IMG/VR virus record: IMGVR_UViG_3300035499_000517
Span: 96,001-160,000 of that record
DNA length: 64,000 nt
Source: a virus
Lineage: Duplodnaviria > Caudoviricetes
Strand: one strand, 5' to 3'
Each line of letters opens with the position of its first letter. Positions within the stretch are counted from its first letter, which is position 1. The position numbers were made by a program, and so were the translations under genes. The notes under the pieces are model-generated. The model made no database searches. It was not told the DNA's origin and was given only the letters and a program-made list of their open reading frames with translations. Below, in pieces: positions 10,065-20,241 of this stretch.

Positions 10065-11018
10065 TTATGAATTATTACGAGCACCAATCTGTGTGTAAGA
10101 CGGAGTAACCTTCTCAAGGGTCTCTTTATCGAGTGTCTGTGATGTTGCACTTGCATCAGAGTTGCTGATCTTTGTACGATATGTAAGATCACCCTGACTG
10201 ACAATCTGACCATTGGCAGGATTGTAACCTGTGCTAGTTGCGAAACGGCCGCTCTTTGAATCGAGACCTGTGTAGAACTCAAGAGAGTTAACCATAATCT
10301 GATTCTGCTTCAGAAGAAGCGCTGCCTTCTCGTTGACATCGATACCATGATACGGTGTGCAGGTAAACTCAAGATCAAGCTCGACCTTATCGTGTTCTCC
10401 AGCACTTGAATCAAAATGCTGAATCGGTACGGCCTTCGGGATACAGTTTGCAAACATAACAGCGTACTCAACCTTCATACCGGTTCTGTCTGTTACCACA
10501 TAGATAAACTCTGCGGTCTCGTTTGCCTGTGAGTAAGCAAGGTCACCAGATGCGATCAGTCCATTGTAATGAGCTAATCCACCATTCTCATCTGCGATAC
10601 CATTGATCCAAGTACTATGAATCTCACGGATTGGAGATCCGGAGAACTCAAATACCTTAATGGTAAAGCTGTTCATACCATTCTTCGATACAGTCGGAAT
10701 GGTAAAGGTTTTTCCTGAATAACCACCGGTGATATCGGTTGTATCCAACTCAAGGTTAGATAATCCAGAAACACCCATATTACCATACTCAAGAATATGT
10801 CTGTAAGCATCGAACCTTGAGGTTCCTTTGCTTACTTCGTAATATTTCTTTACGAATGCCGGCTCTCTTACCATGAATAAACGGTAGAAGCCAGTTACGA
10901 GTGGATCATAACTTGCCAGCACGTCATGTGTGACATTAAGACCACCCATCATCAAGGAGTATTTTGTGATATCAGTTGCGTTAAACTGATTTGCACCGCT
11001 CTGAATTGATATAGGCAT
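10065..11018 (-). CDS. Probable tail tube protein
   Basis: Directly downstream of sheath; tube-like beta pattern (FTIKVFEFSGSPIREIHSTWINGI; ANCIPKAV; VELDLEFTC). Confidence 0.65.
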   Translation of the reverse strand: MPISIQSGANQFNATDITKYSLMMGGLNVTHDVLASYDPLVTGFYRLFMVREPAFVKKYYEVSKGTSRFDAYRHILEYGNMGVSGLSNLELDTTDITGGYSGKTFTIPTVSKNGMNSFTIKVFEFSGSPIREIHSTWINGIADENGGLAHYNGLIASGDLAYSQANETAEFIYVVTDRTGMKVEYAVMFANCIPKAVPIQHFDSSAGEHDKVELDLEFTCTPYHGIDVNEKAALLLKQNQIMVNSLEFYTGLDSKSGRFATSTGYNPANGQIVSQGDLTYRTKISNSDASATSQTLDKETLEKVTPSYTQIGARNNS

Positions 11019-11037
11019 TTATCTCATCTCCTTTCTT

Positions 11038-13095
11038 TTATTCTTCATCATCGTCGTCTGCCTGATACTCGCGCTCATTCACATCGATCTCGATAAGTGT
11101 AATCTTTGATCTCTGTGCGAATGTAACTGCCGCATAAACATGCGTAATGTTACGACGCTGCTCATAAGCGTTAGACTTGTACTGGATATCCAAAGTTTCA
11201 AAGTACGTACCAACCATGTAGCTGTACTTGTCAACCAGATAATCACGGAACTCGGAACGAAGTTTCGGAGTTGTGATCTTGTTTCTGTTTACGCGAACCT
11301 CATCCTCAAGAATTCTCTTAAGTCTGAAGATTGCGATAACGTTCGGCTCCTCAAGGAGCTCGCTGTCGCTATGAACATACATGGACTGAGTTGCACGGAT
11401 GAACGTATCATCTCCGACATCCTCGAAGTAGTTGATACGAGCATCGTAAAGCTCCTGCTTAAGATCAGTCTCGTTCTCAGCGATTGCCGGATGCAGGGAA
11501 TTCTTAACATGACCAGAAAGAGTCATTACATCACCAGTTCTATCTGCAATCTCTCCATAGTTTGCACGGATGCTTGCATCTGTACCAGCCAAGAAGTAGG
11601 TCGAAGTTACGGCGATTCTCTTTCCAGTTGCTGCCTCTTTGATGTAATACCAATGGGTATTTACAGATACCGGCCAAGTGTCTGAGAAGTTCTCAAACTC
11701 ATCGATCAGGTCATCCAGAGGAGCGAAATCTGCTTCCATTGTATTAATATCGATGCTACCGAGTTCCTCGGTAAGTCCAGTATCCAGATAGACCGGACCA
11801 GATGCACGATACATTCCAAGTCTTGCCAACTGAACTTTTACATCCATGCTGTAATTCGCATCAAAGAGAGCCAGAGACTCTACACGACGCGGTGCAAGAA
11901 TCATCTTGTCAAATTTGCCGGTAAATGCTTTAATATAAGCAGCATCAACAGCAGCCTGAACGGTTGCAGTATCACTGCCAGCAAAAGCACCATCGCTACC
12001 ACCAGCAAGGCTATTTCCAGCGATGTCATCTACAACAGCAAGTGATGTTGCTGTGTAAGCGGCTGCATCATAGTCATCAGCTTCGGTATCTACATCGCCA
12101 TCAAGTGGCTGTGTAAATGTGATGTATGGCTCACTCGGAGTCACACGAACGCGCTGCTGCTTTACAGCCAGACCGTAGAACGGATCGAACTCGTCAACAT
12201 CCGGAACGGTTACAGCTTCTGTCGGATTATTCTCAAGGATCTTAGCGCAGAATGCTGAATAAGCAGCATAGAGCTTCTCGAAGTTTGCTTCATATGCATG
12301 AATGTCAGCATAGAGCGTTGCTTCGCTTGCATCCTCGATCACATCGTTGATGAAAATGGTATCTGATACCTTTCCAGAACTTACCATTGAGCCGATCTTT
12401 GTGTTAACTACAGTAGCACCATCAGTAACATCGATGATCTCGAAGCGGTATACCTTAATACCATACTCCTTCTCATAATCATCATCAGCAACGATTCTCC
12501 AGCGGAGATTCTTGCCATAGTCACCACGGCCAATTGCCGTAAATAAAACGAGAGGAATTTGAGTGTATCCCTCATCGTCCTGGTAAACGCCATCGACTGC
12601 AGCACCATCGGTGTTTTCTGCATACTCGATAAGGAGATCACGGTCACCAAGAATCTTTGTCATTCCTGCTACACCGGTTGTCTCGTCAGAATCTACAGTA
12701 ATATTCTTTGTTGTAAATTTGATGCGGAAAGCTTTGTTTTCAACATCTTCTTTGTACCATAAGGAAAGAACACTGTTTGCATACAGGGCATCATCTGCCG
12801 TTACACGCATACTCCAAACTACAGTATTAGACTGTGAAAGGATAACGCCAGGCATTAAGTGTGCCTGACCATACTTGCGGTAATTTGTTTTACCAAACAT
12901 GGCTGTCCAGTTCTTGGATGATGTGATTTTTACGAACTTACGGTCAATTCCACGCTCTGCTGCAAATACAGACAGATACGGATATACGACAGTGCTCGAG
13001 CTTACATCCGATAACGCCCCTGAGGTATTGTCATTTATATAAGTTTCCTCATGAGGAAATGTGTTCTTTGGAACAATCTGAACTAAAGACGGCAT
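11038..13095 (-). CDS. Contractile tail sheath protein
   Basis: 685 aa; N-terminal P...TYIND, FGK..YRKYGQ; LAGGSDG; C-terminal LYDARINYF...QS...S.LLEE.NV sheath pattern. Confidence 0.8.
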   Translation of the reverse strand: MPSLVQIVPKNTFPHEETYINDNTSGALSDVSSSTVVYPYLSVFAAERGIDRKFVKITSSKNWTAMFGKTNYRKYGQAHLMPGVILSQSNTVVWSMRVTADDALYANSVLSLWYKEDVENKAFRIKFTTKNITVDSDETTGVAGMTKILGDRDLLIEYAENTDGAAVDGVYQDDEGYTQIPLVLFTAIGRGDYGKNLRWRIVADDDYEKEYGIKVYRFEIIDVTDGATVVNTKIGSMVSSGKVSDTIFINDVIEDASEATLYADIHAYEANFEKLYAAYSAFCAKILENNPTEAVTVPDVDEFDPFYGLAVKQQRVRVTPSEPYITFTQPLDGDVDTEADDYDAAAYTATSLAVVDDIAGNSLAGGSDGAFAGSDTATVQAAVDAAYIKAFTGKFDKMILAPRRVESLALFDANYSMDVKVQLARLGMYRASGPVYLDTGLTEELGSIDINTMEADFAPLDDLIDEFENFSDTWPVSVNTHWYYIKEAATGKRIAVTSTYFLAGTDASIRANYGEIADRTGDVMTLSGHVKNSLHPAIAENETDLKQELYDARINYFEDVGDDTFIRATQSMYVHSDSELLEEPNVIAIFRLKRILEDEVRVNRNKITTPKLRSEFRDYLVDKYSYMVGTYFETLDIQYKSNAYEQRRNITHVYAAVTFAQRSKITLIEIDVNEREYQADDDDEE

Positions 13096-13195
13096 ATATC
13101 TCTACCTCCTTTTTAAAGTCTTTAATTTTCTTAATATATTTGTTTCAATGAAGAAATCACGAAAGCCTGAAATTACCCTGTGATTTAAACTTAAG

Positions 13196-13212
13196 TTTCA
13201 CTTATATATTAT
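13196..13212 (+). promoter_or_regulatory. Early-type promoter TTTCACTTATATATTAT
   Basis: Consensus copy at head of the 13.3-20.1 kb operon. Confidence 0.75.
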
Positions 13213-13264
13213 TTATTTAGGTATATGAGATAAACGTGTACCAAACGAGAAAGGAGAAAGAGAC

Positions 13265-14377
13265 ATGATAAAAAGAAAACTTTTTAGCTCACCAGGTCTG
13301 TTTGAAGAAATGACAAAACCTGATGACAAGTACCGACCTTCCACTATCATAAAAATCCGATTGGACGATACACCCATTATGGAGAGTAAAGATGTTGATG
13401 CTAGTGATAGTGATGAGTATAAAAATCTTATAAAGCGAGCAGCATTGCTTCGGCTACTCTCTATCAGTAGGTCTGTCACAATGGCAGTGCTTGAAAAGTA
13501 TGCAATTATTGAGATGGATATCCATAATAGCGAGTTGGTTAAAGATTATGCTACAGCTGCTGAAAAGAGATCTGTACTTCATTGCATTCAGGAATCGTCT
13601 AATGGGAATATCCTAGTGCAATTCTTCCAGCATAAATATGAAGGAGATGATTTAGTAACTCGATTTATCGGGCATGACAAACCAAAGATTTTCTTTAAAA
13701 ATAAGACATTGAAGTTTAGTGAGGTTTTAGATTATGATGTAACTGGATACTTCTTCCCATTTAAGAATCCAAATCATAGAGGATTGACAGTGTATGATGA
13801 GTTTGGAATCCAGAATCCATTCACAAATAAGAAAAAGGAAGATACTTATGAAGGTGATGATGACTTGATTATGCTTTTGCCTTTTGCAATGCAATTTATT
13901 CATGACTATCGCAGATGTAGATTCAGCCCTATATCACAGATGAATTACGTGCATATTTGTTATATTGACATTGAAAGGTCTTTGTATGCATTGATCAAAG
14001 ATAAGTGTCAGCAGGAGGCATATTATGAAGTAGCAGGAATGAATTTTCCAAAATATTGTGATCCTTATGATGAAAACCCAAGTCCTCGCAATCTTACACC
14101 ACATCAAGAATGTATAAACCTCATGAATATCGTGAACGAAACACCAGAAGTTTTAACGATATACTTCAATCGTGTAGCTGATCTTATTCAAAAGGTGAAG
14201 TCTGGAGATAGATATTTACCATATCCTCTTAAGGATGTTAATCCTGCAGAACTTATGGAGGATTTGAGTGATCTCTTTAATAAATATTTCCCAGAATCCA
14301 TGGTAATTTGGGAAGTTGCAGCAACTATTGCAGATAGAGTTTCAAAAGAAAAGAATTGGAAAGGAGACAACGAATGA
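13265..14377 (+). CDS. Hypothetical protein, paralog of 14374-15405
   Basis: Shared LIKRAALLRLLSIS and FSEVLDYDVTGYFFPFKN motifs. Confidence 0.75.
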   Translation: MIKRKLFSSPGLFEEMTKPDDKYRPSTIIKIRLDDTPIMESKDVDASDSDEYKNLIKRAALLRLLSISRSVTMAVLEKYAIIEMDIHNSELVKDYATAAEKRSVLHCIQESSNGNILVQFFQHKYEGDDLVTRFIGHDKPKIFFKNKTLKFSEVLDYDVTGYFFPFKNPNHRGLTVYDEFGIQNPFTNKKKEDTYEGDDDLIMLLPFAMQFIHDYRRCRFSPISQMNYVHICYIDIERSLYALIKDKCQQEAYYEVAGMNFPKYCDPYDENPSPRNLTPHQECINLMNIVNETPEVLTIYFNRVADLIQKVKSGDRYLPYPLKDVNPAELMEDLSDLFNKYFPESMVIWEVAATIADRVSKEKNWKGDNE

Positions 14378-15405
14378 AAGACACAAGAAAAGAGTACGTG
14401 CTAATCTTTGCAAGATTATGTACAAAAACACCAGCTAGAACAGGGAATCCACTTCTTGCAACAATTGAGAATATCTCAGTGGAAGATGAAGATGAGCACA
14501 TGATGCTAGTAAAGAGGGCAGCATTTCTTCGGTTATTATCAGTAAGCAGCGATGTATCAATTATTGCAGATACAGACAATGCTGTTTTCATGTTTGATAG
14601 AAATGACTGGAAGGTATCGGATACTAGAGGGGAATATTCACCTCTTACAAATTCCGTTCAGTTTTCATCCATGCTTGAGTTTATTACCTCTGGTATAAAT
14701 GCTAATTATAAGATTAACGCAACTTTAAGTGACTTTGAGGAAGCGAAAGCAAAAATCGGTGGAGATACCATTACCGAATTTGAACACCGGGATTTACAGT
14801 TTTCAGAAGTTATCGATTCTGATGTTACGGGATTTATTTATCCATTTAAGAACAACACGCACAGGAGCCTTGCAATATACAAGGAATTCAATCTCCATGT
14901 ATCACACGTATATCCAAGATTTTCTAAGAAGCATCCGGCTGGCTATGAAGTTTCAGCAGAGTGTGCTCTGGCATTTATGATTGATTACAGGAGAATGACG
15001 AATGATGATATCACAAATCGATTTTATTGTGAGAAGTTAAAGGTATATGCTATTCTCTATGGTATTTTTGATGATTGCTCAGATTTATTTGAATTTGAAG
15101 GACCGAGATCACTCTGGAATTCAGAAGAGGAGAAAGCAGAGTCAATCCTTTCAATCAAGAAGGATTATCTGGAGTTCATGGGATTCGTATCAGAGGAACC
15201 GATTATATTATATGATTTCTTCAATCGTCTGAAAAAGGTCATGGATAACTATGAAAAATTTGGAAGATCAGTGGTTCCGGAGAATGTAAAAGCCAACATG
15301 GATCTCATCGTTCGTTTCTTCCGCACTGTTTTTAATGATTCCATGAGCATTCAGGAGATCATTACAAAGGCAGAGAATCACATTCCGAGGAGTCACATCA
15401 ATTAA
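14374..15405 (+). CDS. Hypothetical protein, paralog of 13265-14377
   Basis: LVKRAAFLRLLSVS and FSEVIDSDVTGFIYPFKN; ATGA overlap with AGGAG RBS. Confidence 0.75.
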   Translation: MKDTRKEYVLIFARLCTKTPARTGNPLLATIENISVEDEDEHMMLVKRAAFLRLLSVSSDVSIIADTDNAVFMFDRNDWKVSDTRGEYSPLTNSVQFSSMLEFITSGINANYKINATLSDFEEAKAKIGGDTITEFEHRDLQFSEVIDSDVTGFIYPFKNNTHRSLAIYKEFNLHVSHVYPRFSKKHPAGYEVSAECALAFMIDYRRMTNDDITNRFYCEKLKVYAILYGIFDDCSDLFEFEGPRSLWNSEEEKAESILSIKKDYLEFMGFVSEEPIILYDFFNRLKKVMDNYEKFGRSVVPENVKANMDLIVRFFRTVFNDSMSIQEIITKAENHIPRSHIN

Positions 15406-15422
15406 TAAAAGGAGGGATTTTT

Positions 15423-16265
15423 ATGTCAAATGAAACCAATGAAGCAGGAGATATAAAGTGTTTTAATGTAGAAAGTCTCTTGCATGTAAAACGAATCCGA
15501 TACATATCGGAATCAGATGTTCCTTGTAGAAAAGGAACGAAATCAGTAGTAGATGCTTTCAAGAACGACGATTACACAAGTACTTGGTGCATCGTGGAGT
15601 ACGATGATTATAATCAGATGCAGATTGTACTGGTTACCGATTGTCGAGAAAGGGACCTGATTTCTTTATTGAATTTTAAGGTAAAGAATGTAGTCGGTGG
15701 TGAATCCCGTTACATCGTGATTCCAGAAGGTGGATATCATTTCAATTATGAGGAAATGGTTGCTTATGAAATAAAGGAAAACGAAGCCTCTGATATGTCA
15801 AATAGAAAGTATGATGCCTATATCGGGAAAGATCGTAGTGGTTATGAAATGATCGATAAGATTGACTATGATAAGCTTTCCATGGAGGAATCTATTATCG
15901 CATATTACACAACCGATAAACAGGTTACGTTTGATGGAAATGCAGCCGATGCATATAAATTGGCAGAGAGTGTCGAAGATGAAAGGAGGCTTGCAAAACG
16001 CGTCGTTGATAGCTGGAATCATTTAATCTGCGTAGCTGCACATGATGGAAAACGTGCTGTTAGAGTTTTAAATGGTTCAAGGGATTTACCATCTGACTTT
16101 GTCGTAGAATACTTCACGAAGAAAGGATATGATGTAATTGCTGAATTTACACATCCTTACGGTGAAGAGAGTTTACGAGAGGGATGGGTTGTTACAGTTT
16201 CCTGGGAGAGAGGAAAACATCGCGATGGTGTTTTCACAAAGATTGGGATGAAGGAGGCACTATGA
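15423..16265 (+). CDS. Hypothetical protein, shared C-terminal G[YF]D..SW domain family
   Basis: AGGAGG RBS; YFTKKGYDV...VTVSW. Confidence 0.75.
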   Translation: MSNETNEAGDIKCFNVESLLHVKRIRYISESDVPCRKGTKSVVDAFKNDDYTSTWCIVEYDDYNQMQIVLVTDCRERDLISLLNFKVKNVVGGESRYIVIPEGGYHFNYEEMVAYEIKENEASDMSNRKYDAYIGKDRSGYEMIDKIDYDKLSMEESIIAYYTTDKQVTFDGNAADAYKLAESVEDERRLAKRVVDSWNHLICVAAHDGKRAVRVLNGSRDLPSDFVVEYFTKKGYDVIAEFTHPYGEESLREGWVVTVSWERGKHRDGVFTKIGMKEAL

Positions 16266-17068
16266 GTGATACGAAAATTGGGAAATTTCACCCAAAGAGT
16301 TTCAAGAATGTAGAGCGAATCATCTTTACAGCCGAGTCTCATATTTACATGGATAAAGAATCTATCTTTGTATTAGAACCAGCTTGTTTAGGTGAGTGGA
16401 TGTTGTCAGAATATATCGAGAATGAAAATACGATGGTTAATCTGGATGTAACATATTCACCGACTTCGGATTTGGAAGCCTTATCAGATATGCTAAATAA
16501 AATATTGAAAGAAGATCCGGAGAAAGAATATGATTATGTGATCGAACTGGAAAGTGCTGCAGATTCTATAAACATGGTCTTTGATCGTGAATGGATGGAA
16601 TGCAGATTCCGCTGTGATGTACGTATGGAGGCCTATCATTACCCATGTTCATTTATGGTTCCTGAGTCTTTCTATAAGAAGGTCTATACGACAATGCTGG
16701 AATCAATCTATCTGAAGTTATTGGGTGATAAAGGTGGAGTGAAAGGAGCTGTAAAACCTATTCCACCAGTAAAAGAATCTAACCAGATTGCTCATGAAAT
16801 GCGTAAAGGTAGATCAGGGCTTAATCTAAAATTGATGAATCAGATGATCAATGCAATTGAGGACGCAAGAGATGCAGGATTTTATACAATCGGGATTATA
16901 CTGGCGTATAATCCTGGTGTAAATTCAAGGTCTACATTGAATTATTTCGTGAAGGCTGGTTATGATATCATGATAAACATACATGAGAAGAATTATAAGC
17001 TGATAATCTCTTGGGAAGATGGAGAGAGAAAAGTCGGCAGATATTATGACAATACAGGAGGGCTTTAG
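16262..17068 (+). CDS. Hypothetical protein, same family
   Basis: AGGAGG RBS, ATGA overlap; YFVKAGYDI...IISW. Confidence 0.75.
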   Translation: MSDTKIGKFHPKSFKNVERIIFTAESHIYMDKESIFVLEPACLGEWMLSEYIENENTMVNLDVTYSPTSDLEALSDMLNKILKEDPEKEYDYVIELESAADSINMVFDREWMECRFRCDVRMEAYHYPCSFMVPESFYKKVYTTMLESIYLKLLGDKGGVKGAVKPIPPVKESNQIAHEMRKGRSGLNLKLMNQMINAIEDARDAGFYTIGIILAYNPGVNSRSTLNYFVKAGYDIMINIHEKNYKLIISWEDGERKVGRYYDNTGGL

Positions 17069-17071
17069 AAT

Positions 17072-18058
17072 ATGGCAAAAGAAAAAGTTGAAAGACTGAC
17101 TGTTGAAAATTATTACTTTCAATCAAATATTCCATTCACAAAGTTTGAACTGAGCAGTTTAGCAAATGTGATATACATGGAATTTCGGCATAGTAGTAAA
17201 TTTGTATTGGGGAGAGAAACTGTATGGGTTGCAACACATACCGATGTTCGGAAAATCCATAAGATTTTAGAGTCTGGAGAAGATATGAAGATGCCTAAAG
17301 GAACCAATCTAGCTGATAAATACGAAGACAAGAGTCATTGGTTTATTGCAGAATATGATTTTAAACAGCATTATTATATTGCAATTGATGAATATGCACT
17401 CACCGATGATGAATTCCTGGAGTTGTTAAATCTTGATCTTGTGGAGCATTATACTGCAGTAACCGATAGTGATTATATCTATGATTATTCATCAAAGTTA
17501 GCTATTTCACGAACGATAGCTACAAAGAATCAACAAGTCGTTTCGCGTCAAATGATGGAGAAACACCATAATCAGATTGCTAAGGTCAATCTTTGGGGAA
17601 TATTCAATATAACGGAATCCACCTACAAAGAAAAAGTATTTAACAATTCTGAACGGTGGATGGATTCAATGAATTTCGATGCAGTTATCTGTAGAAAGCT
17701 TAGCATGGGCTTTCTTGAGGAGAAGTCCATGGAATCTATGTTTGGAACCATGAAGAACTCTGAAATCAAGATGATTCGTAAATGGAGAAAGAAGGTCCTC
17801 AATGCAGTCATTAAAGGAAGAGGTAGTTGCAAGTTTAAAGAAACCAATGGTGAAAAGATCACTATTGCTGTGTTAAACCCTTTCCTCGATAATGGTTTTA
17901 GCATCATGCTTATAAAGAGCACACCTCTCAAATACTACGTTCACATCTTATGGAATGATCAAAAGAAGAAAGGTGATAAATTACATGGAAAGTTCGTATA
18001 CGTAGATAATGAATCAAATGCGGAAAAATCTAATGTGGAAGGAGAAGACAAAAAATGA
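17072..18058 (+). CDS. Hypothetical protein, same family
   Basis: PFLDNGFSI...VHILW. Confidence 0.75.
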   Translation: MAKEKVERLTVENYYFQSNIPFTKFELSSLANVIYMEFRHSSKFVLGRETVWVATHTDVRKIHKILESGEDMKMPKGTNLADKYEDKSHWFIAEYDFKQHYYIAIDEYALTDDEFLELLNLDLVEHYTAVTDSDYIYDYSSKLAISRTIATKNQQVVSRQMMEKHHNQIAKVNLWGIFNITESTYKEKVFNNSERWMDSMNFDAVICRKLSMGFLEEKSMESMFGTMKNSEIKMIRKWRKKVLNAVIKGRGSCKFKETNGEKITIAVLNPFLDNGFSIMLIKSTPLKYYVHILWNDQKKKGDKLHGKFVYVDNESNAEKSNVEGEDKK

Positions 18059-18570
18059 TATTCGACAAGAAATATTTAACTGTAGCTTGTAATGTTACAC
18101 TGGAAGGTCTGATCAAACAATTATCAGACCTTCCTTGTGTTGATGCAATCATTCATGTAAATGGGAATGATCTATTTTCTATAACACTTCCCGATCACAT
18201 CAGTAATCGTGAACTTAAAATCATTTCTAGCAATGAGGTTAAAGGTGACTATTTGACATGGAATGTAAAGAATGTAAATCTGTGGAATTTTGTTGATCAT
18301 TTAAGCTTGTTTGGAGGTTTTAAAGATGCAAGAATCAAGCTGAATGGAAAATCAATTTTCTACATTCATGTTGCAATGGATAGGTCTATTGTAGAAATCA
18401 GTGATAACCCACTTGAATATGATTATCCTAATGATGATATCCACATTCAGATCAATGGTTCTATCATGTCAACAAAAGAAAGGTCAATTATTGAGTTCTC
18501 TGATAAGAGGTCTTATAAATTAGAGTCTCAGGATGGTTGTGTTTCAGCTGATAATGGAGAACCTGTTTAA
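18055..18570 (+). CDS. Hypothetical protein with two copies of a domain shared with the N-terminus of 18586-19158
   Basis: TLEGLIKQLSDLP..DAIIHVNGNDLFSI and DARIKLNGKSIFYIHV. Confidence 0.7.
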   Translation: MIFDKKYLTVACNVTLEGLIKQLSDLPCVDAIIHVNGNDLFSITLPDHISNRELKIISSNEVKGDYLTWNVKNVNLWNFVDHLSLFGGFKDARIKLNGKSIFYIHVAMDRSIVEISDNPLEYDYPNDDIHIQINGSIMSTKERSIIEFSDKRSYKLESQDGCVSADNGEPV

Positions 18571-18585
18571 AAGGAGGAAGTAAGT

Positions 18586-19158
18586 ATGTTTGATCCAAAG
18601 TATTTTGCAATGGTAACTGGAGCCACCGTAAAGGGGCTCCGCGATTATTTAGCATCTCTGCCGAATCAGAATGCAGAGATCAATGTCGAAGGAGACAATC
18701 TCTTTTACATCCATGTAGAAGAGGATGGATCTCTCGTCAATTTTGACGACAATATGATGCTCGAGCAGTATAAGGATGATGTAGACAACGCTCTCATAAA
18801 GCTTACTGGAGGAACCGGAGGGATAAATGCAAGGACAGCTCGTTTAGACGCAATCATATCAAAGAGGAGATTCTTCTGGAATATTATTGACACGAAGATT
18901 GATGCTGGTGAAACTGAATGTCAGATCGATTTTAATACAGTTAGTGCTATCGACATTGAGTTCCTGGAAGACCTGATACATTCTGGGTTTGATCTTTATA
19001 TCCCGAAAATAACAATGCTCAGTCAGCGGTGTCCGGTCATTGTTGATTGGTTTGAAGGGAAGCCCAAGGATGGTGAATTTGTTGATTTGAATGACAAGAT
19101 CTATCTTGAGAATGGGCATCTCGTAGTAAGAGAAGATGTAAACAAAGGAGTTGATTAG
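18586..19158 (+). CDS. Hypothetical protein, hybrid of the two local domain families
   Basis: N-term TVKGLRDYLASLP..NAEINVEGDNLFYIHV; C-term LIHSGFDL...IVDW. Confidence 0.75.
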   Translation: MFDPKYFAMVTGATVKGLRDYLASLPNQNAEINVEGDNLFYIHVEEDGSLVNFDDNMMLEQYKDDVDNALIKLTGGTGGINARTARLDAIISKRRFFWNIIDTKIDAGETECQIDFNTVSAIDIEFLEDLIHSGFDLYIPKITMLSQRCPVIVDWFEGKPKDGEFVDLNDKIYLENGHLVVREDVNKGVD

Positions 19159-19163
19159 TAAAG

Positions 19164-20069
19164 ATGATTAGTGAACTTATTAAGGTAACTGCAAAAGATG
19201 CTGAAGAACTTGATAAAATAAAGACTGAACTTAAGAAAGCTACAAACAAGCTTTACGGAGAACAAAAGAAATCCGAAGATGTTTATAATCCTTGGTTCCG
19301 GAGTGAGGCTTTAATTAATGGAAGTATTCATGACGTTGTATTTTATGGAATGATATCAAAAGATGATCAATCTTTTGGTACATATTTCTTCCATTATGTG
19401 AAGCATAACACTTGGAGATTATTTCAATACCAACCGGAAATGCTTACACTGGTAAGAGATTTGGAGATGGAATTTGAGACAGATGGTTTGATTTCATTCC
19501 TTAGCAGTCGGTTTGATGCAGAGATCATTGCTGTTCATGACGTACTTTATATCATGAAAGGAATGGACTTAAACATGCTCGACTTATATAAGGAAAATAT
19601 CCGGAAAGTTGTCGAGGATTTGTATATTGAAGAGCTTGGTTCACTTTGTATACCTGCAGTGAAGAAATCAGAAGAGAACGAGCTCTCCGAGGATAATTCC
19701 TATAGAACATTTTGCATTAAATCTGCAGAAGAGATGTGTACTGCCTCTCGTGAAGCAAATCTTAGAGAGATTGAACTTGATAATCTGCGGAGAAAATGGA
19801 TGCATGAAATCGAGAATGTTGCAAGTAAAGGTCCTTGTGAAGTGGAAAGTATTGCCTTAAAGGATGAAATCACAGTACAGGTAATTCGGGAATTCCAGGA
19901 TCAGGGATATGATATTCATGTCTCACCGATTAAAAGAGCAACGATTCCGGGCACTCCGGAAGAAGTCCTTGTTGTTTTATCATGGATAAAGGGACTGAAA
20001 AAGGACGGAACTTTAATCATTATTAACAACTGTCTGGAGGACGTTGGTCTTTCTGCACCTACTTTATAA
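19164..20069 (+). CDS. Hypothetical protein, G[YF]D..SW family
   Basis: EFQDQGYDI...VVLSW; followed by terminator 20073-20103. Confidence 0.75.
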   Translation: MISELIKVTAKDAEELDKIKTELKKATNKLYGEQKKSEDVYNPWFRSEALINGSIHDVVFYGMISKDDQSFGTYFFHYVKHNTWRLFQYQPEMLTLVRDLEMEFETDGLISFLSSRFDAEIIAVHDVLYIMKGMDLNMLDLYKENIRKVVEDLYIEELGSLCIPAVKKSEENELSEDNSYRTFCIKSAEEMCTASREANLREIELDNLRRKWMHEIENVASKGPCEVESIALKDEITVQVIREFQDQGYDIHVSPIKRATIPGTPEEVLVVLSWIKGLKKDGTLIIINNCLEDVGLSAPTL

Positions 20070-20124
20070 GAATAAAAAGAAGGGAGTTAATCCCTTCTTT
20101 TTTATCCATTTAGATTTTCTTCAT

Positions 20125-20141
20125 TTTCATTTATATAATAT
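20125..20141 (+). promoter_or_regulatory. Early-type promoter TTTCATTTATATAATAT
   Basis: Consensus copy after terminator. Confidence 0.75.
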
Positions 20142-20241
20142 TTTGGTGATGTAAGAGAAGAAAAAGAATCTTATGTCAAGAAACTAAGGGCCAAAATTAC
20201 TATGGTCCGAAAATAAATTTATTCCAAAAGGAGGAAATATT

